Shown here: in pieces, positions 42,512 to 52,607 of the stretch
Layout of the letters: the number at the start of each line of letters is the position of its first letter
Numbering within the stretch: the first letter of the stretch is position 1
Assembly (NCBI GenBank): GCA_023382335.1
Contig: JAMCPM010000019.1
Span: 446 to 64,445 of the forward strand
DNA from: Actinomycetota bacterium
GTDB taxonomy: Bacteria > Actinomycetota > Thermoleophilia > BMS3ABIN01
Direction of reading: 5' to 3'
Length of the DNA: 64,000 bases
Translations under genes and position numbers: made by a program
Notes under the pieces: model-generated
What the model saw: only the letters and a program-made list of their open reading frames with translations
Database searches by the model: none
Told to the model about the DNA's origin: nothing

Positions 42512-45442
42512 ATGAACGAACAAGTGACCAAACAAACCGATAATGAAATGTTTTCCGAAAAGGAAACCATTTTACGACGACCTGCGCACATTATCACATT
42601 GCTTATTCTAGTTGCGGCCTTCCTTTTCCTTGTAGCAGCTTCAATCGGCTACATCGAATTCAGGCATATAAGTCTTGCCAATTTACGCATCAATTTCGTC
42701 GCTTTGTTATTTGTTCCGATAATTGCCATGGTCACGGCTTTGATCGGCGCCTTGATAATAAGTCATCAGAACCGGAATAAATCGTTGGTTGAAATCCGGG
42801 AGGCGATCAACGCCGCTGCGGGCGGCGACCTAAACAGCCAGCTGGAAGTGAAGGGTTCTGGTGTAATTGCAGACCTCAGGGAAGGCTTTAACCGGATGTC
42901 CGCGGCAATCGAGCTTGATACCGATGAAATCCGGCGCGAGCGCAATCGCTATCATTCAGTGCACCAGGCAATTACCGACGGAATCATCGTTTTCGATCGC
43001 CTGGGACGAGTCATTTCAGCAAATCCGGCGGCCGAAGTCGCAATGGGGCTGCTCGAAGATGAGATGCGTGGTAAATGGCAGATCGGCGACAGGGAAATCG
43101 AGCGGGTAATCACAGACGCTGACATCGTTCCCGACGAGCAAAGAAAGAAATGCTGGCAGGTCAAGAACTGCACTCAGATTTCATGCCCCTCCTATGAAAG
43201 CAGTGATCTCAGGTGCTGGCTACAATGCGGTACTTTCTGTCACAACGAGATCCAGGGAACATTCAGTCAGAAGAGAGATGCCTGCGAGCGATGTGATGTA
43301 TTCATGCGAAACGGTATTAAGATTACCGAGCTGGAAAAAGACGGGCGCTATTATTCGGTAACGATCAGCCCGATCCTGAACGACTTTGGCCATGAGGAAG
43401 GACGCATGGCTCTCTTTCACGATATTTCTGAACTCAGGTCTACCGCTCATATTCTCGCCCGTCGCAATCTCGAACTCACGGTCCTCAATGAGATCGTTTC
43501 TTCACTCTCAGGCTCTCTCGATGATGTCGACTTGGTCCTCAAGGATGTTCTGACTAAACTGACAAAATTTTTTGGCGTTCCGGCCGGTGTGATCCTTTTA
43601 AACGAAAAAGGGGGCAGTGGTGCGAGGATCGCTGCTCACGAGGGCATCTCACCTCAGACGACCGTGATGCTGCAGCTAGTGGGTGTAATGAAGGGGCTTG
43701 ATGAATTCATGAATGTTACGAGCGGGGCCGTCGATGCAGAGCGGTTGTTGGAGCGACACATATCAGTCAGGAAGATGCTCGATAAGGAACGGCTGAGCAA
43801 TCCTTTGATATTTCCGGTTTCTGTAAAAGGCAAAATTATTGGCGCCTTAATGCTGATAGGCGGAGATATGGCTAAGCACGATGAAAACTGTGTCCGGTTG
43901 GTAAGCGCTGTCGCCGCCCAGATCGGCGCAGCAGTGCAGAATCAGGAGCTTTACCGCAAGGTCACCAGCGCCAAGTTAGCGTGGGAAACCACATTTGACT
44001 CGATGACCGACGGCGTATCGGTACATGACGCCGATCACAATATCATTCGCGCAAACCAGGGTATGGCTTCGCTTCTGGGCACTACCAAGGAAAAGTTGAT
44101 CGGTAGCAAGTGCTACCGTTCCATGCACGGCGGCGATTCGCCTATCGCTCAGTGTCCCCGTCAGGAAGTGATGAAAACCGGTAAAGGCGTTTCGATGGAA
44201 ATTGAGGAGCCGTGGCTGAACAAGGTTATGCGTTTGACAGTCAACCCGGTATTCGGCGATGACGGCGATATCCTGGGAATGGTACATGTCGTCAGGGACA
44301 TAACCGAAAGAAAGCGCATGCGCGAGCAACTCCTGCAATCGGAGAAGATGGCAGCGGTGGGTCAACTGGTCTCGGGTGTCGCCCACGAGCTTAACAATCC
44401 CCTCACCGGTGTCATTGGATATGCGCAACTGATGATGAGACGTTGCCAGGACGGATGCGAGCAACCAGCGATCAAGGATGTCGAAGCAATACTTTCCGAG
44501 GCTCAGAGGGCTTCGAAAATCGTGCAGAGCCTGCTGTCCTTTGCGCGCAAATACAAGCCGCAGAAATGCGAGGTCGACCTCAACGAAGCAATCCGTTCAG
44601 TAATCAATCTGCGTTCTTATGACCTGAACGTCAGGAACATCAAACTGGATACGGATCTCGATCCGGGCCTCCCTCGCGTTGTCGCTGATCTGCATCAGAT
44701 GGAACAGGTTCTGCTGAATATCATAAACAATGCCGAACAGGCGATCGACACAGCGCAAGGCCAAGGCATCATTAGCGTGAGGACGCGAAGCGATGGCGAC
44801 TCGATCAGGGCTGAGATTGTGGACAACGGCGCCGGGATCGCAAGCGAGGACCTGGCTCACATTTTCGATCCTTTTTTTACAACCAAGGAAATCGGTAAAG
44901 GGACCGGGCTGGGCCTTAGCATTTGTTATGGAATCGTCGAGGAGCATGGCGGTGAGATCCGGGTATCCAGCCGCAAAGACGTAGGCACCACAATGACTAT
45001 TGAGTTGCCGGCCTGCACAGATTCCCATCCAGTGTCGGCAATCAACCCGGGTATTAAAACTTCCGATGAGAATCGAAGCCGGGTTTTGGTTGTTGATGAC
45101 GAACCCGCCATCGTCGAACTGCTAACCGATATTCTTACCATGGATGGGCATGGAGTGGATATCGCCAAGAACGGAAAGATGGCAATGCAGAAGCTTTCGT
45201 GCGGCAGCTACGACCATGTGATCACCGATATCAACATGCCGCAAATGGACGGCCGCGAGCTTTACCGCCGAATAAGCGAGATAGACCCCTCGCTGGCGGC
45301 TAACGTCATATTTATCACCGGGGATTCGGTCAGCAGAGACACCCGCGAATATCTCGACAGCACCGGTAATTATTATCTGGTGAAACCTTTCGACCTTAAT
45401 AATCTCAGGGAAATGCTAAACAAGGTGTTGAATAAAAAATGA
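42512..45442 (+). CDS. hybrid sensor histidine kinase: 2 TM, HAMP, PAS with Cys-rich insert, GAF, PAS, HisKA, HATPase, REC
   Basis: H-box GVAHELNNPL, plus N/G boxes NNAEQA and DNGAGI...GKGTGLGLS. C-terminal receiver VLVVDDEPAIV...ITDINMPQMDG...KPF. Confidence 0.92.
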   Translation: MNEQVTKQTDNEMFSEKETILRRPAHIITLLILVAAFLFLVAASIGYIEFRHISLANLRINFVALLFVPIIAMVTALIGALIISHQNRNKSLVEIREAINAAAGGDLNSQLEVKGSGVIADLREGFNRMSAAIELDTDEIRRERNRYHSVHQAITDGIIVFDRLGRVISANPAAEVAMGLLEDEMRGKWQIGDREIERVITDADIVPDEQRKKCWQVKNCTQISCPSYESSDLRCWLQCGTFCHNEIQGTFSQKRDACERCDVFMRNGIKITELEKDGRYYSVTISPILNDFGHEEGRMALFHDISELRSTAHILARRNLELTVLNEIVSSLSGSLDDVDLVLKDVLTKLTKFFGVPAGVILLNEKGGSGARIAAHEGISPQTTVMLQLVGVMKGLDEFMNVTSGAVDAERLLERHISVRKMLDKERLSNPLIFPVSVKGKIIGALMLIGGDMAKHDENCVRLVSAVAAQIGAAVQNQELYRKVTSAKLAWETTFDSMTDGVSVHDADHNIIRANQGMASLLGTTKEKLIGSKCYRSMHGGDSPIAQCPRQEVMKTGKGVSMEIEEPWLNKVMRLTVNPVFGDDGDILGMVHVVRDITERKRMREQLLQSEKMAAVGQLVSGVAHELNNPLTGVIGYAQLMMRRCQDGCEQPAIKDVEAILSEAQRASKIVQSLLSFARKYKPQKCEVDLNEAIRSVINLRSYDLNVRNIKLDTDLDPGLPRVVADLHQMEQVLLNIINNAEQAIDTAQGQGIISVRTRSDGDSIRAEIVDNGAGIASEDLAHIFDPFFTTKEIGKGTGLGLSICYGIVEEHGGEIRVSSRKDVGTTMTIELPACTDSHPVSAINPGIKTSDENRSRVLVVDDEPAIVELLTDILTMDGHGVDIAKNGKMAMQKLSCGSYDHVITDINMPQMDGRELYRRISEIDPSLAANVIFITGDSVSRDTREYLDSTGNYYLVKPFDLNNLREMLNKVLNKK

Positions 45443-46482
45443 AATCAGACAAGGAAACCAGTGTTTTAGTAGTCGATGACGAAGCAACCATCCGCGAAGT
45501 CCTCCAGCGCACGCTTGCATCGGAGGGATACGATTGCGCGACTGCCGGCAATGTAGACGAAGCTGTCGGCAAGATGCAAAACCGCGGCTTCGAACTAGTT
45601 TTAACCGACATCATGATGCCCGGCAAGTCCGGGGTCGAACTGCTCAAGGAGATCCAGACATTGAGTCCCGATACGGCCGTCATCATGGTGACTGCTGTCT
45701 CGGATACGCAAACGGCGATAAACGCAATGAAGATGGGGGCAAGCGATTACGTCACAAAGCCGTTTAATCTCGTAGAAGTTCTCATGAGCGTCGATCGCGC
45801 ACTCGAGAAGCGGGCTCTTTATATATCGAACCGCGATTATCGCGACCACCTGGAGCAAAAGGTCGAAAAGCAGACCGAAGAGATCCGGTCTACTTTCCTG
45901 GGGGCGCTTAAGGCGCTGGCCGAAGCACTCGAAGCAAAAGATCCGTACACCAACGGTCACTCGAAGCGTGTTACCGAAATTACCGTTACGCTCGCGCGTG
46001 AGATGGGCCTCTCGGAAGAGGAGCAGGACCGCATAAGGCTCGCGGGCCTGGTGCACGACATCGGCAAGATCGGCGTCCCGGAAGCGATTTTACATAAAGT
46101 CGGAAAACTGACTGACGAGGAATTCGATCTAATCAAGGAGCACCCGGGCATGGGTGAGAAGATCCTCAAACCGATCATAAGGGATTCCGAGGTGCTGGCG
46201 ATTGTCGGGTATCATCACGAACGTTTCGCTGGCGGCGGTTATCCCGAAGGTATTTCAGGCGAACAGATCCCGCTGGGAGCGCGCCTGTTGGCGGTTGCGG
46301 ATGCATTCGACGCAATGACATCGAGCCGGCCTTACAGAAAGGCGATGAGCGTGGATAAGGCGAAGGGGCAGCTTTTAGCGAACCGGGGAAGCCAGTTCGA
46401 TCCCGAGCTCGTGGATCTCTTTATCAAATCGGAAGGCAAGCTGCCTTTCTGCCCCATGACCGCACAGCCAGCGTCCGGTTGA
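45439..46482 (+). CDS. response regulator with HD-GYP c-di-GMP phosphodiesterase output
   Basis: REC (VLVVDDEATIR...LTDIMMPGKSG...KPF) followed by HDIGKIGVP...GYHHERFAGGGYP. ATGA overlap with the kinase. Confidence 0.92.
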   Translation: MKSDKETSVLVVDDEATIREVLQRTLASEGYDCATAGNVDEAVGKMQNRGFELVLTDIMMPGKSGVELLKEIQTLSPDTAVIMVTAVSDTQTAINAMKMGASDYVTKPFNLVEVLMSVDRALEKRALYISNRDYRDHLEQKVEKQTEEIRSTFLGALKALAEALEAKDPYTNGHSKRVTEITVTLAREMGLSEEEQDRIRLAGLVHDIGKIGVPEAILHKVGKLTDEEFDLIKEHPGMGEKILKPIIRDSEVLAIVGYHHERFAGGGYPEGISGEQIPLGARLLAVADAFDAMTSSRPYRKAMSVDKAKGQLLANRGSQFDPELVDLFIKSEGKLPFCPMTAQPASG

Positions 46483-46740
46483 ATCCTTAAAATAGCAGGA
46501 AGAAACCCTCTTGCGTCTGATTGAATCCGCCCGGCGCAGTCCGCCACATTCCTGGCAATCCACCCTGATAAGTCAGCTTTTTGGCTCCGCAGAGGCCGTT
46601 TCGAGGCTGCGTTTGCTTTTAATGCAATCAGGGTAGTTCTTAATCATAAGTAAGGCCATCCCCTGATACCGTTTTTGTTAATGAATCGATAGTCTTTCAT
46701 TGCCGCACAGAAGCGGCAGAGTAATTGAGGAGGCAGGAAG

Positions 46741-46941
46741 ATGAAAAGATATGATTGTGATGTTTGTATGTCCGCAGGGTCTGTAAATCAATGGGGATAC
46801 TGCGAGATCTGTGGTGAAGATTTTGAAGATCCCGGCTCGCTCGTGCACTGGCATGGCCGCGGCGTCGAAGCCATCGAGAGTGGTCTCACCGCGAACTCGA
46901 CTTCAAACAGCCTCGTTGTGATCGGTCAGGACGCCGCGTAG
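46741..46941 (+). CDS. small CxxC...CxxC zinc-ribbon protein
   Basis: 66 aa with CDVC...CEIC. Strong GAGGAGG SD and an intrinsic terminator downstream. Confidence 0.5.
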   Translation: MKRYDCDVCMSAGSVNQWGYCEICGEDFEDPGSLVHWHGRGVEAIESGLTANSTSNSLVVIGQDAA

Positions 46942-46999
46942 GGAAAAGCACCGGCGCCGGCCGTATAAATAATAGCAGGAGCGCATCCGGCGGTACGGT

Positions 47000-47030
47000 G
47001 CGGGCAAAATCTTGCCCGCTTTTCTTTTTT
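47000..47030 (+). terminator. rho-independent terminator
   Basis: GCGGGCAA-aatc-TTGCCCGC followed by a T-rich run. Confidence 0.8.
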
Positions 47031-47058
47031 CAAGATGCTTAACTAATTTCACCGATGG

Positions 47059-47087
47059 TTATTAATCGTGTTTTCAGATGATATAAT
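47059..47087 (+). promoter_or_regulatory. extended -10 promoter (TGaTATAAT) for the thi leader
   Basis: TATAAT at 47082-47087 preceded by TGA; weak -35 TTATTA at 17-nt spacing. Confidence 0.5.
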
Positions 47088-47094
47088 CTCTGTG

Positions 47095-47195
<101 letters not shown>

Positions 47196-47207
47196 GGCGA
47201 ATTGGAG

Positions 47208-47235
47208 CCGTGCCATGCGTTGGTGCGGTTTTTTT
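47208..47235 (+). terminator. riboswitch expression-platform terminator
   Basis: CCGTGCCA-tgcgt-TGGTGCGG (8 bp, two G-U pairs) followed by T7. Confidence 0.75.
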
Positions 47236-47514
47236 AGTCGTTAAGTACGGGAACGGCAGATATTGATAGAGTTTGCGGGCGCTTCTGCCGATGGTTGTCT
47301 GAGCCTTGATGATCCTGGGCTGAAAAGGTCGCCAAAGTCGCGTTATACAGGTAGTTGTGTACTCGTTTACCGGTGAGGCGTTTTGCGGAGATCCCCAGCG
47401 CCGCTTATTGAACGCCATCGGCAGCGGAGCTGATCGAGGAGCAATACGCACGGCGGCCAGAATTTTGCCGGAAGAATGGGACGGTCTTCCGGCAGCTTCA
47501 AAGGACGGTACAGC

Positions 47515-48177
47515 ATGAGTTTTGATCTGGGCCTATATGTGATAACGGCTTCGATCCCCGAGCTGGGGCGGGACCATTATGATGTCGCTGCGGCTGCTAT
47601 CGAGGGTGGCGCTACTGCGATCCAGCTGCGAATCAAGAAACGTGCGATGGGAGAAGCCCTCAAAATCGCAACTGCAATCCACGAGCTGACACAGGAGGCG
47701 GGCATTCCGCTTATTATCAATGACCATGTTGGCATCGCCATGGCATCAAAAGCAGAAGGGCTGCATGTCGGACCCGATGACATCTCGATTCCTTCAGCCC
47801 GCCGTATGCTGGGAGCGGGAGTATTGATCGGCCGGTCGACCAAAAAGCACGACGAGGCGATAAGGGCCGAGCAGGAAGGCGCCAGCTACGTGGGCGTCGG
47901 CCCGATCTTCGCTACTGATAACAAGCCGGAACAACCCATTGGCACGGCCCGATTGACCAAGGTTAGAGCTGTTGTCGGCTTACCGGTGGTGGCAATCGGT
48001 GGCATCAATGCCGGCAATATCGCCGAGTGTATCGAGGCGGGCGCGGAAGGAGTCGCGGTGATTGGAGCCGTAGCCATGGCTGATGACATGGTGGCCGCGA
48101 CCGCTGCCCTGCGGAAAGTGCTGGATAAAGCCAGAGGGAAGTCCCGGCATGGAGTCGGGGCCAGAGGCGGAAAATGA
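47515..48177 (+). CDS. thiE: thiamine-phosphate synthase
   Basis: LYVITAS...GGATAIQLR...INDHVGIAMASKAEGLHVGPDD. ATG 47515 after AAGGA. Confidence 0.9.
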   Translation: MSFDLGLYVITASIPELGRDHYDVAAAAIEGGATAIQLRIKKRAMGEALKIATAIHELTQEAGIPLIINDHVGIAMASKAEGLHVGPDDISIPSARRMLGAGVLIGRSTKKHDEAIRAEQEGASYVGVGPIFATDNKPEQPIGTARLTKVRAVVGLPVVAIGGINAGNIAECIEAGAEGVAVIGAVAMADDMVAATAALRKVLDKARGKSRHGVGARGGK

Positions 48178-49487
48178 AACCAACCCTGCTACAGAATATC
48201 CGCGAAGGCATAATTCCGGAACAATTGAACGCCGTTTCCAGCGACGAGCGTGTCGAAGTCGACACTCTGGCTGAAGACGTGCTGGCCGGAACCACTGTCA
48301 TCCCGGCAGGAAGCAGCGGCCGGAAAGTACGCCCGACCGGCATCGGCCGAGGACTGCGAACGAAAGTAAACGCCAACATCGGTTCCTCTAGTGAATCAGT
48401 GTCTATGGATGACGAGATAGCGAAGCTGAATGCCGCGGCGGGGGCCGGCGCCGACGCCGTCATGGATCTCTCCAGTGGTGGAGACGTCGACGCGATGCGA
48501 AAGGCGTTATTGGCCGGATCCGATCTTCCCTTTGGGACTGTGCCGATCTATGAAGCAACCGTAGCCGCCCGTGAAAGAAACGGAAGCATGGTCGCCATGG
48601 ATCTGGAAGATCTGCTGGCGGTTGTCGAAAGACAGGCATCCGAGGGCGTTGATTTCATGACCATTCATGCGGGACTCACGCGGTCGGCTCTCGACCAGTT
48701 GCATAGCCAGGGGCGCCTTATGGATGTAGTCAGCCGCGGCGGCGCCTTCATGATCGCCTGGATGCTGCACCACGATCGCGAGAACCCCTTTTACGAGGCG
48801 TTCGACCGTCTCCTCGAAATCCTGGCGCGATGGGATGTCACCCTGAGCCTGGGTGACGGCTTGCGGCCGGGTTGTCTGGCCGACGCCAGCGACCGGGCCC
48901 AGTTCAGCGAACTCGTCATTCTGGGAGAGCTGGCCAAGAGGGCGCGCGAATCAGGCGTCCAGGCCATGATCGAGGGTCCGGGGCACATTCCACTGAATGA
49001 GGTCGAGGCCAACGTCAAGATCGCCAAAAAGCTTACCGGGGGAGCTCCCCTTTATGTTCTGGGCCCCCTGGTCACCGATGTCGCTCCCGGCTACGACCAT
49101 GTGACAGCAGCCATCGGCGGCGCCCTGGCGGGTGCGGCCGGTGCTGATTTTCTTTGTTATGTGACTTCCGCTGAACATCTGGGATTGCCTTCTGTGGAAG
49201 ATGTCCGTCAGGGAGTAGTGGTGTCCCGGATAGCAGCGCACGCAGCCGATGTGGCCAAGGGCGTTCCTGGAGCGATGGAATGGGACCGGAAAATGGCCAT
49301 GGCCCGTAAGGCGCTGGACTGGAACGGCCAGATCGAGCTTTCAATCGATCCCGAGACGGCGCGCTCCATTTATGAGGACCGGCAGAGCGGTTCGGTCGAT
49401 GGCTGCAGTATGTGCGGCGAGCTTTGCGCGATGAAAGTAGTATCAGATCATCTTGGCGTCAGGGAGGGAGAGATCTCGGGTTGCTAG
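48174..49487 (+). CDS. thiC: phosphomethylpyrimidine synthase
   Basis: Radical-SAM ThiC core and the C-terminal CSMCGELCAMK cluster motif. Confidence 0.95.
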   Translation: MKPTLLQNIREGIIPEQLNAVSSDERVEVDTLAEDVLAGTTVIPAGSSGRKVRPTGIGRGLRTKVNANIGSSSESVSMDDEIAKLNAAAGAGADAVMDLSSGGDVDAMRKALLAGSDLPFGTVPIYEATVAARERNGSMVAMDLEDLLAVVERQASEGVDFMTIHAGLTRSALDQLHSQGRLMDVVSRGGAFMIAWMLHHDRENPFYEAFDRLLEILARWDVTLSLGDGLRPGCLADASDRAQFSELVILGELAKRARESGVQAMIEGPGHIPLNEVEANVKIAKKLTGGAPLYVLGPLVTDVAPGYDHVTAAIGGALAGAAGADFLCYVTSAEHLGLPSVEDVRQGVVVSRIAAHAADVAKGVPGAMEWDRKMAMARKALDWNGQIELSIDPETARSIYEDRQSGSVDGCSMCGELCAMKVVSDHLGVREGEISGC

Positions 49488-50485
49488 TAGGCGATCTCGG
49501 AGAGGAAGCGCTTCTCAAGGAGCTGCGCAGTCTCTTCGCGGCAGCCGGGCCCGGCCTGCTCACCGGCATCGGTGACGACGCCGCAGTGATAACCATGCCT
49601 CGATCGGCTGAGGGCGTCTGGACGACAGATCTGTTGCTGGAAGGCATTCATTTTCAGCTCGGCTGGCAGACGCCGGCTCAACTCGGCCGCAAAAGCCTCG
49701 CGGTAAATCTCAGTGACATAGCTTCAATGGGCGCCACGCCCAGATTCGCCATGCTGTCTATTTCCTGCGCCAACGACACTCCCGCTGACTATATATTCGA
49801 ATTTTGCCAAGGATTTGCAGGTCTGGCTGCTGAGGAAGAAGTTCTTGTTATCGGCGGCGACACGACGGCGTCGACAGGTCCCTTCACAATAAGCGTCACC
49901 GTTGGCGGCTATGTCGAGGCGGGGGCGGCCGTGTTGCGTTCCGGGGCCGCGGTTGGCGATTCGATCCTCGTCACCGGAAATCTGGGATCGGCGGCTGCCG
50001 GGTTAAAACTCCTGCGAAAAGGAGTTGCGGAAAAGTACAGCGATCTGACTGCCGCCTTTCGTGAACCTAGTGCAAAGATCGCTGCCGGCAAGGCGGCGGC
50101 GGCAGCCGGAGCGACGTCGATGACTGATATTAGCGACGGCCTTGCCACTGACCTGCGGCACATCTGTGAGGAGAGCGGCGTCGGCGCCATGATCGAGAGC
50201 TGGTCGCTGCCGGCGCTGCCGTCACTGGCCTCGGCGGTTGCCGACTTCAGATGGGACGAACGGGAACTTAAGCTGACCGGAGGCGAGGATTACGAGCTTC
50301 TCTTCACACTGCCCGGAGCTGTCTCCGAACAGGTCAAATCGCTGATCGCCACTGCGGCGTCGGTAGCGGTCACTGTCATAGGCGAGATCATGCCGGCTGA
50401 ATACGGAATCAGGCTGGTCGACCAGACCGGAGGGGGATGGGCTATGCCTGCCCACGGCTACGAGCATTTCGATGACGATGTCTGA
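49481..50485 (+). CDS. thiL: thiamine-monophosphate kinase
   Basis: GIGDDAAVI and AIR-synthase-like fold motifs. TTG 49481 overlaps the thiC stop; the track start at 49412 is rejected. Confidence 0.88.
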   Translation: MLVGDLGEEALLKELRSLFAAAGPGLLTGIGDDAAVITMPRSAEGVWTTDLLLEGIHFQLGWQTPAQLGRKSLAVNLSDIASMGATPRFAMLSISCANDTPADYIFEFCQGFAGLAAEEEVLVIGGDTTASTGPFTISVTVGGYVEAGAAVLRSGAAVGDSILVTGNLGSAAAGLKLLRKGVAEKYSDLTAAFREPSAKIAAGKAAAAAGATSMTDISDGLATDLRHICEESGVGAMIESWSLPALPSLASAVADFRWDERELKLTGGEDYELLFTLPGAVSEQVKSLIATAASVAVTVIGEIMPAEYGIRLVDQTGGGWAMPAHGYEHFDDDV

Positions 50486-51275
50486 CAGGCCTCCAACGGC
50501 AGTCTTGACCGTCGCCGGTTCCGATCCCAGCGGTGGCGCCGGTATCCAGGCGGACCTGAGCGTATTCATGTATCTGGGTCTGCAGGGCTTCAGCGTCATT
50601 ACTGCCGTGACTGCCCAGAACACACGCGGGGTGCAGCGCATCTTTCCACTCGGACGCGAGCATGTTTCGGCGCAGCTAGAATCAGTTACCGCTGATTTCA
50701 AGCCTGCCGTTACAAAGACCGGCATGTTGCCGACGGTTGACATCATCGAAGAGGTCGGTCAGAGGAGCGCCCGGGGACAACTGGGGAAACTCGTAATCGA
50801 TCCGGTTCTGGCCAGCACCGGCGGCGTACGGCTGTCTGCCGATGAATGCGCTTCATATCTTGTAAGTAATCTGCTTCCCCGATGCTCGCTGGTGACACCC
50901 AACCTTTTTGAGGCGGAGATGCTATCAGGCCGCAGCATACGCACTGAGCAGGATGCGATGGAAGCGGCAAGAGCACTGGTGGACGCGGGGGCCGGCAGCG
51001 CCTGTGTGACCGGCGGGCATTGGCCCGGAAATCCTGTAGACTTTGTCTTCGATGGACAGATAATGCACAAGTTTGAGGGACAGCGCATTAAAACACAGGC
51101 GCCGGTCCACGGCACCGGATGTGTATTTTCTTCGGCCGCAGCCGGCTATCTGGCGCGAGGCTTTACGGTTGTCGATGCCGTCGAGAACGCCAAGACATTG
51201 GTGGAGCGCGCCATAAACAGCGCTACTACCAATGGTTCGGGCATGATGCTGCCCTCGCTCCGCTCCGATAACTGA
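50472..51275 (+). CDS. thiD: hydroxymethylpyrimidine/phosphomethylpyrimidine kinase
   Basis: [19 protein letters not shown] and GTGCVFSSA. Confidence 0.93.
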   Translation: MTMSDRPPTAVLTVAGSDPSGGAGIQADLSVFMYLGLQGFSVITAVTAQNTRGVQRIFPLGREHVSAQLESVTADFKPAVTKTGMLPTVDIIEEVGQRSARGQLGKLVIDPVLASTGGVRLSADECASYLVSNLLPRCSLVTPNLFEAEMLSGRSIRTEQDAMEAARALVDAGAGSACVTGGHWPGNPVDFVFDGQIMHKFEGQRIKTQAPVHGTGCVFSSAAAGYLARGFTVVDAVENAKTLVERAINSATTNGSGMMLPSLRSDN

Positions 51276-51344
51276 CTCCCTGCGGGGCAGACCCGGCTTG
51301 AACCTTGGCTGCCCAACAATTAACCTGTACATCCAGACGCGCTC

Positions 51345-52442
51345 ATGCGCGCCTTCCCCCAAAAGCGAAAGAGGAACGTCAGTTTGAAGATCCTGAAGCT
51401 GGGCGACAGAGGCAAGGAAGTGCTCGACGTCCAGTCACGACTCTGCAGTCTGGGCTACGACGTCGGCACCGACGGCGTTGACGGCTACTTCGGCGAGGAT
51501 ACGCGGTCGGCCGTGCTTACCTTCCAGCAAGCCAGCGGCCTTGTTGCCGATGGTATCGTTGCTGACAATACCTGGTGTGAGCTGGTGGAAGCCGGTTACA
51601 AGGCAGGAGAGCGGTTGCTGTATTTGCGCATCCCGCCTTTCCGCGGCGCCGATGTTCTTTCCGTGCAGAAATCACTAAATTGCCTTGGATTCAACGCCGG
51701 TCCCGAGGATGGCATCTTCGGGCAGTCGACCGAGCATGCAGTGCTTGACTTCCAGAAGAATTCTGGTCTGGTGATGGACGGGATGGTCGATGAATCGGTG
51801 CTCAAACTGATGGCGAAAGTCACCAAGGACGAGCCGCATTCCGCCGAGGTCAAGATTCCCGACCGCAATGGTGGTTATGCGGTGGGCCGTTCATTGGCCG
51901 ATGTTGTGATCGTCATCGACCCCGGACATGGGGGAGACGACTTTGGTTATTCCGAGGGAAACCTTCTGAGTGAAAAAGACCTGAATCTGAAAACGGCGCT
52001 GTTACTGGCCAAGGCTCTGGAATCGCTCGGCTCGAAGGTAATTTTGACTCGCAGCAGCGATACGACGGTTCCGCTGTACGAACGTCCGGCGATCGCAAAT
52101 GCGGCTGGGGCGGACATCTTTCTCAGCATCCATCACAACAATGGCAGCGCCAGCGCGCAGGGAGCCATAGGACATTATTTTTGCAGGCAGGGTTATTTTT
52201 CAGAGGCCGGCAGCGTGCTGGCCCAGATGATCGTCGACCGGCTGGCTATGGAATTGAGTGTAGAGGCATTACCCGTTTTAGGCCGTAATTATGCCGTTTT
52301 ACGGGAAACCGAGATGACTGCCGTCATGGTGGAGCCGATGTTCATGACCTCGCCTGGGGAGACGAAAATCGATTCGGATGAGCTTGCAAGGAGGGAATCT
52401 GAAGCCATTCTGGCGGGCCTAAGGGAATATTTCACCAATTAA
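51345..52442 (+). CDS. N-acetylmuramoyl-L-alanine amidase (Amidase_3) with two PG_binding_1 domains
   Basis: Two copies of LGYDVG..DG.FG..T..AV..FQ...GL..DG, then IDPGHGG...FLSIHHN...VEPMFM. No signal peptide seen. Alternative TTG start at 51384. Confidence 0.88.
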   Translation: MRAFPQKRKRNVSLKILKLGDRGKEVLDVQSRLCSLGYDVGTDGVDGYFGEDTRSAVLTFQQASGLVADGIVADNTWCELVEAGYKAGERLLYLRIPPFRGADVLSVQKSLNCLGFNAGPEDGIFGQSTEHAVLDFQKNSGLVMDGMVDESVLKLMAKVTKDEPHSAEVKIPDRNGGYAVGRSLADVVIVIDPGHGGDDFGYSEGNLLSEKDLNLKTALLLAKALESLGSKVILTRSSDTTVPLYERPAIANAAGADIFLSIHHNNGSASAQGAIGHYFCRQGYFSEAGSVLAQMIVDRLAMELSVEALPVLGRNYAVLRETEMTAVMVEPMFMTSPGETKIDSDELARRESEAILAGLREYFTN

Positions 52443-52507
52443 TCAGTGGAATTACCCATTTAAATGCCGCTATTTGCGAGATTTTGCATAAAAAATTACT
52501 CTGCGAT

Positions 52508-52536
52508 TTGACTTCCATTTTATGCCCTGTTAAGGT
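52508..52536 (+). promoter_or_regulatory. sigma-70-like promoter TTGACT-17-TAAGGT
   Basis: TTGACT at 52508-52513 and TAAGGT at 52531-52536, in an AT-rich spacer. Confidence 0.55.
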
Positions 52537-52607
52537 TCACAAGGTTTTTGAGTCATCGAAGCCAACTGACCGACGCCGATGCAGACGTCCTAAAGGAGGC
52601 GTATAAC

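Noticed and set aside
47270-47345. Second, tandem TPP riboswitch (GGGCGC...CTGAGCCTTGATGATCCTGGGCTGAAAAGG).
   Set aside because: There is only a loose resemblance. The invariant ACCTGATCTGG-TAATGCCAGCG and AGGGA elements are missing.
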